Assembly (NCBI RefSeq): GCF_006345805.1
Contig: NW_021833355.1
Location: 1-27,381 of the forward strand
DNA length: 27,381 bases
Source of the DNA: Octopus sinensis
Lineage: Eukaryota
Direction of reading: 5' to 3'
Shown here: one piece after another, positions 21,368 through 27,381 of the stretch
Layout of the letters: each line of letters begins with the position of its first letter
Position numbering within the stretch: position 1 is the first letter of the stretch
The notes under the pieces: generated by a model
What the model was told of the DNA's origin: nothing
The model's database searches: none
What the model saw: the letters and a program-made list of their open reading frames with translations, nothing else
Program-made: the position numbers and the translations under genes

Positions 21368-22647
21368 TGCGAAGAGGTACCCAAAAGTAAGCGGAAACGT
21401 TTTCTGTGGGACAAACCCGTGGTGGTTCAGCCTTCCGCTGCGACAAGCTGCTCGATGCAACCCTCGAGCAACGGTCTGCCGACCGGCGGCTTCTGTTTGG
21501 ATCGTTCTACCACGTGGTGTGATTTTGTTTAGCAGTGCTTCTCTCCTGTTCGTCGTGTTTTACGGTGGCTGAAACGAAGGGACAGCGTGCTCCCGTGAAA
21601 TTCTGTTTTATGCTGGGGAAAACGGCGGCCGAAACAGTTGTCAAGCTTACAAGGGCGCTGCCATGAGCAAAGCACAAGTTTACAAGTGGTTTTACATGTT
21701 ATAGGAATGGTCACTTGTATTTGAAAACCAACCTAGTTCAGGGTGACCGTGGATCTCCTGAACGAATGAAAACATCACGAAAATTCCTGAACTGATTTTT
21801 TGTGGGGAAGGGTCTCCGAACAATTGACGAACTTGTTGATATGATTGATATGAAAGGCGGCGAGCTGGCAGAATCGTTAGCACGCCGGGCGAAACGCTTA
21901 GCGGTATTTCGTCTGCCGCTACGTTCTGAGTTCAAATTCCGCCGGGGTCGACTTTGCCTTTCATCCTTTCGGGGTCGATAAATTAAGTACCAGTTACGTA
22001 CTGGGGTCGATGTAACCGACTTAATCCGTTTGTCTGTCCTTGTTTGTCCCCTCTATGTTTAGCCCCTTGTGGGCAATAAAGAAATAGGTATTTCGTCTGC
22101 CGCTACGTTCTGAGTTCAAATTCCGCCGGGGTCGACTTTGCCTTTCATCCTTTCGGGGTCGATAAATTAAGTACCAGTTACGCACTGGGGTCGATGTAAC
22201 CGACTTAATCCGTTTGTCTGTCCTTGTTTGTCCCTCCTGTGTTTATCCCCTTGTGGGTAGTAAAGAAATAGATATGATTGGTGTGTTCTGGAGCTCCTGC
22301 TAACGAATTTTGAGCGAGGAATTGCGTATGCAAAGAGTTGCAGCAAAATCTGTGCCTCGCTTGCTCACGGAAGATCAAAAGCAGTCACGACTGAATGAAT
22401 GCGTGTCGTGAATTTAACGAACAGCTGTAAGTTGACCCGGACCTTTTTTCGAAGGTTATCGCTGGTGACAAGAACTGGTGCTACGGCTACTACCGAGGAA
22501 ACGAAACAGTAATCAGGTCATGGAAGCATTCAGTGTCACCGCGGCCCCAAAATGTGCGTCAAGTGAAGTCCAATGTTAAGACGATACTGATTTGTTTCAT
22601 CGATACGAAAGTAATTGTCCACACAATATTTGATCCTCCTGGTCAAA
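21368..22647 (+). mobile_element. Decayed mariner-family DNA transposon (transposase pseudogene), 3'-truncated
   Basis: QRAPVKFCFMLGKTAAETV, MSKAQVYKWF, RTIDELVDMI, RVAAKSVPRLLTEDQKQSRL (WVPHEL-type), KVIAGDKNWCYGY (first catalytic D region), VKSNVKTILICFIDTKVIVH..PPGQ; multiple stops and frameshifts; left end approximate. Confidence 0.88.
21856..22270 (+). mobile_element. SINE family B: head + 2 units, inserted in the mariner ORF
   Basis: 10-bp TSD gatatgattg (21838-21847 / 22271-22280) flanks the whole dimer, with 8 extra nt at the 5' side. Confidence 0.94.
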
Positions 22648-22844
22648 TATAGGAATGTTAGAGCCACAAGTTAATAGTCTTTATGTTTTAATCGTCCTTG
22701 ATATATTTTATATGCATGGAAAACTTGGGAAATTTTCGCATATATGCTTTTGTATACGCATACATGAGTGTGCATGTGCTTGCGTATATATGTGTGTCTA
22801 CGCATTATTGCATGTGCCTTTGTATGTCTTCACAATACGAAAAA

Positions 22845-22920
22845 TACATTCCGGAGGATGCTCAAGGTGGCCTTTACCGGGATGATGGTTTCCTAATACT
22901 TACCAACGGTACAAAAATTT
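22845..22920 (+). pseudogene. Penelope-like element RT catalytic-motif fragment
   Basis: GGLYRDDGFLIL at ~22866-22901 matches the GLYRDDGL motif recalled for Naiad-type PLE RTs; very short; lies between microsatellite-like tracts. Confidence 0.55.
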
Positions 22921-22973
22921 AAGTTTCCAAACCACAGCTGTGAGTGTATGTGTGTGTATGTATGTGTGTGTGT

Positions 22974-23047
<74 letters not shown>

Positions 23048-23120
23048 AGGAAAATAAAACAAGGTAGAAAATGCTGAAATAAATTTATCATGAAAAACAT
23101 TTTAGTATGTATTTATGTAT

Positions 23121-23313
23121 ATGTTTGTGTGTCTGTCTTTGTCCCAGCCAACATCGCTTGATAACTGATGCTGGTGTGTTTACGTCCCCGTAACTTAGCG
23201 GTTCGGCAAAACAGACCGATAGAGTAAGTACTAGGCTTACAAAGAATAAGTGCTGGAGTTCAATTCGCTCGACTAAAGGCGGGTGTTTCAAATGACAGAA
23301 ACAAATAAAAGAA
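23121..23313 (+). mobile_element. SINE family A, diverged 3' half
   Basis: gatgctggtgtgtttacgtccccgtaacttagcggttcggcaaaa...aaatgacagaaacaaataaaag. Confidence 0.85.
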
Positions 23314-23376
23314 TATATGTATGTATATATATGCGTGTGTGTATATCTATATATATGAGAGTGTGTGTGCGCGCGC

Positions 23377-23409
<33 letters not shown>

Positions 23410-23620
23410 TGTATGTATGTATGTATGTATGTATGTATTTATGTATGTACATGCAGTTAACAATGTTACAGTTTGTAAAGAAACACAGCCATAATTTAAA
23501 ATAAAATATTTATTTTATTTGGCGTCAGATTTATTTATCTTATCTCAAGATATTTGAACAAATGTCTTGGACATATCGCGACATTACACACATACACACG
23601 AACACACACACACACACACA

Positions 23621-23682
<62 letters not shown>

Positions 23683-24134
23683 GCAAAGTTATCTATATTT
23701 ATGTATGCGTCCTATGTATATATAAGCAGTGGTATATCGTATATCTATCAGTGAGAACAACTCCATATATTACTCAGAGCTGTTCCTGTAAAAAAAAAAA
23801 GGCAAACCTATTCAATGCTCTGGAACACTGATTTACTGTTTAAAACTATATCGGTTGCTAGTGGTGGAGGCAGTGCTAGTTCTGGCGGAGGCGGTAGCGG
23901 CGGCAACGGTGGTTGTGGTAGTGGTGGCATGAAACTGGGAGTGAGATTAAATACTGGGACTCGCTATAACAGTTGACCTACGGGTCAACTGCTATTACTG
24001 TTGCTGTCACTACTCCTCTCTCTATCCATTTCTAACTTAATTTTTTTTGTCTGAGACGGGCGGAGGTGTACTTAACGTGGACAGCATGGAGCAGGTTACG
24101 ATGTTATTGTAAATAAATTCGTGCTTCACTCTTT

Positions 24135-24892
24135 GTATGTGCTTTGTGTGTGTGTTGTGTGTGTATGTGTGTGTGTGTATGTGTGTGTGTGTGTTGTGTG
24201 TGTGTTGTGTGTGTGTGTGTATATGTGTGTGTATGTGTGTGTGTGTGTTGTGTGTGTGCGTGTGTGTGCGCGCGTAGGAGTGTGTGTTTGTGTATGTGTG
24301 TGTGTTGTGTGTGTGTGTGTATATCTCTGTATGTTGCATTGATGTGAAGTATGAGTATGTGTATGTGTGTGTACGTGTGTGTGCTGGGTTGTGCGTGAGG
24401 TGAGTGTGTGTGTGTGTGCGTTTTATTAGTCTGTGGATGATGGATGTGCTGTGTGTGTGTGTGTGTGTGTGTGTGTAAGTGTATGTGTGTTTGTGTGTGT
24501 GTGCTGAGGTGTGTATGTGTATTTTGGGAGTCTGTGGATGATGTATGTGTCGTTGTGTGTATGTGTTATGTTTACTGTATTAAGTGTGTGTGATGTATGT
24601 GTTGCATGTCTCTATGTGTGTGTGTGTGTGTGTGTGTTTTGTGATGTATGCGTTGCGTGTTTGTTGTATATCTGTGTTGCACTAGCGCGTTGTATAAGCG
24701 TGTGCGTGCGTATGTGTGTGTATGTATAAGTGTGTGTGTATATAAGTGTGAGTGTGTACGTGTGCATAAGTGCGTGTGTGTGTATAAGTGTGTGTATAAA
24801 TGTGTGTGTATATAAGTGTGTGTGTATAAGTGTGTGTATATATAAGTGTGTGTGTATAAGTGTGTGTATATAAGTGTGTGTGTGTATGTGTG
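24135..24892. repeat. Long imperfect (TG)n region with a (tgtgtgtatataag)-like sub-repeat at ~24720-24880
   Basis: Direct reading. Confidence 0.9.
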
Positions 24893-25084
24893 CAAAATGA
24901 GAGATTGTTGTTTTTGTTGTATTTCATTTTTGCCTCCCTCTCCCCTCCCCAACCATCAAAATTGTCAAATCCCTCCCTGCCCCTCCCCCCAGTCACAGCT
25001 TGAGCTCTTACCTGCATCGCTTGTACAACCTATGCAACCACTGACCTCAGCCCTACCCCCTCCCCCCATGTACTTTCTGCTGAC

Positions 25085-25692
25085 ACCACCACCACCACCA
25101 CCACGACTCTTGCCACTCGCACTATTACCAAATTCATCAGCAGCGCCACCACAACAATATCAACCACTACTAACATCACCACCACTCTTACCACCACCAA
25201 TACCATCACCACAACAATTATCACCATCACCACCACCTACGCCACCATCACCACAAACCACTGCCGACGACACCACCATCACCACAACGACCACTACCAC
25301 CTCCGCCACCATCACCGCTACCACAACCCTCACCACTACCACCATCACCACCACAACCACCAACACCACTACCTCCACCACCATCACCTCTACCACAACC
25401 ATCACCACTACCACCATCACCACAACCACCAATACCACTACCTCCACCACCGTCACCTCTACCACAACCATAACCGCTACCACCATCACCACAACCACCA
25501 ACACCACTACCTCCACCACCATCACCATCACCACCACAACCACAACTACCAGCACTTGCACCACTACCACCGCCACCCCACACCGTCCAGTCACCTCCTC
25601 TACGACCACCACAACGACAACCAACAACAACAACAACTTCATCCAATCCCTCCCCTGTCGCCATCACCACCATCACCATCATCACTACCAAC
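25085..25692. repeat. (ACC/ACA/ATC)n low-complexity trinucleotide tract with a 69-bp higher-order repeat
   Basis: aa(c/t)accactacctccaccacc recurs at 25362, 25431, 25500. Confidence 0.88.
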
Positions 25693-26202
25693 AATTTAAA
25701 GCTAGAAGATTGAGAGGGAAAGAGGGAATGAGAAAGTGAGAGGGAGAGAAAGAGAGGGAGAGGGGGGAAGAGGGAATAAAATATTGGTGAAAAAGAGGAT
25801 TTGGGGTGGGGTGGACACGGGTCGGGTTGGTAAAGCAAACTAAAATAAATCTTTTTTTTAATTCTTTCTCCGCCCTAAATATCTCCCCCACCCGTCCCTT
25901 ATACCTCTCACCCATACCGTCCCCACCTTATTCCAATCGCCTGGGGGTAGATAAGACCCTTTCTTAGGGGTCACTAGCCGTGCTGGTTGCCTGGAACAAG
26001 AACTTCTGATAGATACGAGACCACAGAGCTGATTTTAAGTGGTGGGTGGGGTGGGGTGGCGTCGGACGCTGTCGGGTGCGGGGGTGGGTGGGGTGCAGGT
26101 ACGAAGTGTAGTACAAAGGGTAGATTGGGGTGGAGGTATTTATGATTATCAGTCCCAAATCTCGTTCAGTGCGATGGTTTACAATTTTACGCTCCCACTT
26201 AC

Positions 26203-26442
26203 CTCCCCTTGAAATCGGTGTACATAGTGACGCGAGAGCTTAATGGATTGGAGCGTGTATAGGTGGAGGGGGGGTACAGGGGAGAGAGAGGGAGCGGGTG
26301 AGGGAGGGAGAGTTGTGAAGGTGGGGTGCCTAGCGAACAAGGGCAGAAAGATGTCGTCGTAGGTGGAGCACTTTACTGATATAATTGTTTCAGTTTCCAC
26401 ATTCTTCTGGAGACGTTTTTCAGGAATGGAATAAAGTGACGG
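26203..26442 (-). other. Candidate exon of a minus-strand host gene
   Basis: Acceptor ...tgtttgtgtgttctgTAG| and consensus donor GAG|GTAAGT; 240 nt, open in phase 0; no recognisable domain. Confidence 0.35.
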
Positions 26443-26502
26443 CTACAGAACACACAAACATACAGACACACACACACTCTCATACATATATATATTTTTT
26501 TT

Positions 26503-26644
26503 TTTTACTTGTTTCAGTCATTTTGACTGCGGCCATGCTGGAGCACCGCCTTTAATCGAGCAATTCGACCCCGGGACTTATTCTTTGTAAGCCCAGTACT
26601 TATTTTATCGGTCTCTTTTACCACACAGCCACTCCTACGCCTAT
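26503..26644 (-). mobile_element. SINE family A with a large internal deletion
   Basis: Tail portion joined at ~26619 (tctctttt|accacacagcc) directly to the first ~25 nt of the head. Confidence 0.85.
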
Positions 26645-26649
26645 CTTTA

Positions 26650-26699
<50 letters not shown>

Positions 26700-26701
<2 letters not shown>

Positions 26702-26955
26702 CGTATGACCTAATATCTAGAGTGTAGCTCTCACGATCGCGAGACCGCAGTTTCAATTCCAAGACCGAGGGGCAAGTTGTGTTCTTGAGCAAATCATTTC
26801 ATCTCACGTCGATCTGCGATCTCTTCGACACTTGACGCGTGTGCACCGCGCATCTGTTCAGGCAACGTCGATTCGGTAGAAAGAGTGAGCTAATGCTCTG
26901 AACACACATTTGATCACTAAAAAACAAAGCATTTGTACAAAGCATTCAGGAAAAT
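26700..26955 (+). mobile_element. SINE family E (diverged)
   Basis: ctctcacgatcgcgagaccgcagtttcaattcc head, tgtgttcttgagcaa CORE-like start; homologous to 17809-18018. Confidence 0.72.
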
Positions 26956-26969
26956 ATTTAATTAACTCA

Positions 26970-27374
26970 ATAGGCGCAGGAGTGGCTGTGTGGTAAGTAG
27001 CTTGCTAACCAACCACATGGTTCAGGTTCAGTCCCACTGCGTGGCATCTTGGGCAAGTGTCTTCTGCTATAGCCCCGGGCCGACCAATGCCTTGTGAGTG
27101 GATTTGGTAGACGGAAACTGAAAGAAGCCTGTCGTATATATGTATATATATATATGTATGTGTTTGTCTCCCTAGCATTGCTTGACAACCGATGTTGGTG
27201 TGTTTACGTCCCCGTTACTTAACGGTTCGGCAAATGAGACCGATAGAATAAGTACTGGGCTTACAAAGAATAAGTCCCGGGGTCGAGTTGCTCGACTAAA
27301 GGCGGTACTCCAGCATGGCCGCAGTCAAATGACTGAAACAAGTAAAAGAGTAAAAGAGGGAGTAAAGAGAGTAA
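26970..27374 (+). mobile_element. SINE family A, full length
   Basis: Complete head-to-tail match. Confidence 0.94.
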
Positions 27375-27381
27375 CCTAAAA

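Noticed and set aside
24846-25739. 297-aa Pro/Thr-rich mucin-like ORF and antisense poly-Val/Gly ORFs
   Set aside because: Open in several frames on both strands because of (ACC)n composition; starts within a TG repeat; no signal peptide or convincing splice context.
3128-27379. Recurrent peptides such as YDGLLSVSVYQIHSQGFGRPEAIVEDTCPRCHAVGLNPEPCGW
   Set aside because: Antisense translations of SINE A copies, not a gene family.

Overview
Eukaryotic, repeat-saturated non-coding DNA with no intact protein-coding gene, most likely intronic or intergenic. The tRNA-headed SINE set suggests an Octopus/coleoid cephalopod genome; this is inference from recalled repeat families, not a database match. 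The window holds about 15 copies or fragments of a ~420-bp SINE with an internal microsatellite (family A). Five loci carry a second SINE (family B) built as a tRNA-like head plus 1-3+ tandem 184-bp units joined by a near-invariant junction. Also present: two SINEs with a shared head but swapped tails, two further SINE types, a TIR MITE with an 8-bp TSD, a decayed mariner, and RTE, CR1-like, R4/Dong-like and Penelope-like retroelement relics, plus three long inverted repeats and extensive microsatellites. Nearly all listed ORFs are microsatellite or SINE translation artefacts. The most unusual signals are the concatemeric SINE B, a hammerhead-like motif nested in a SINE microsatellite, and a cluster of RLE-LINE ends inserted in (TATG)n. 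One plausible minus-strand exon lies at 26203-26442.
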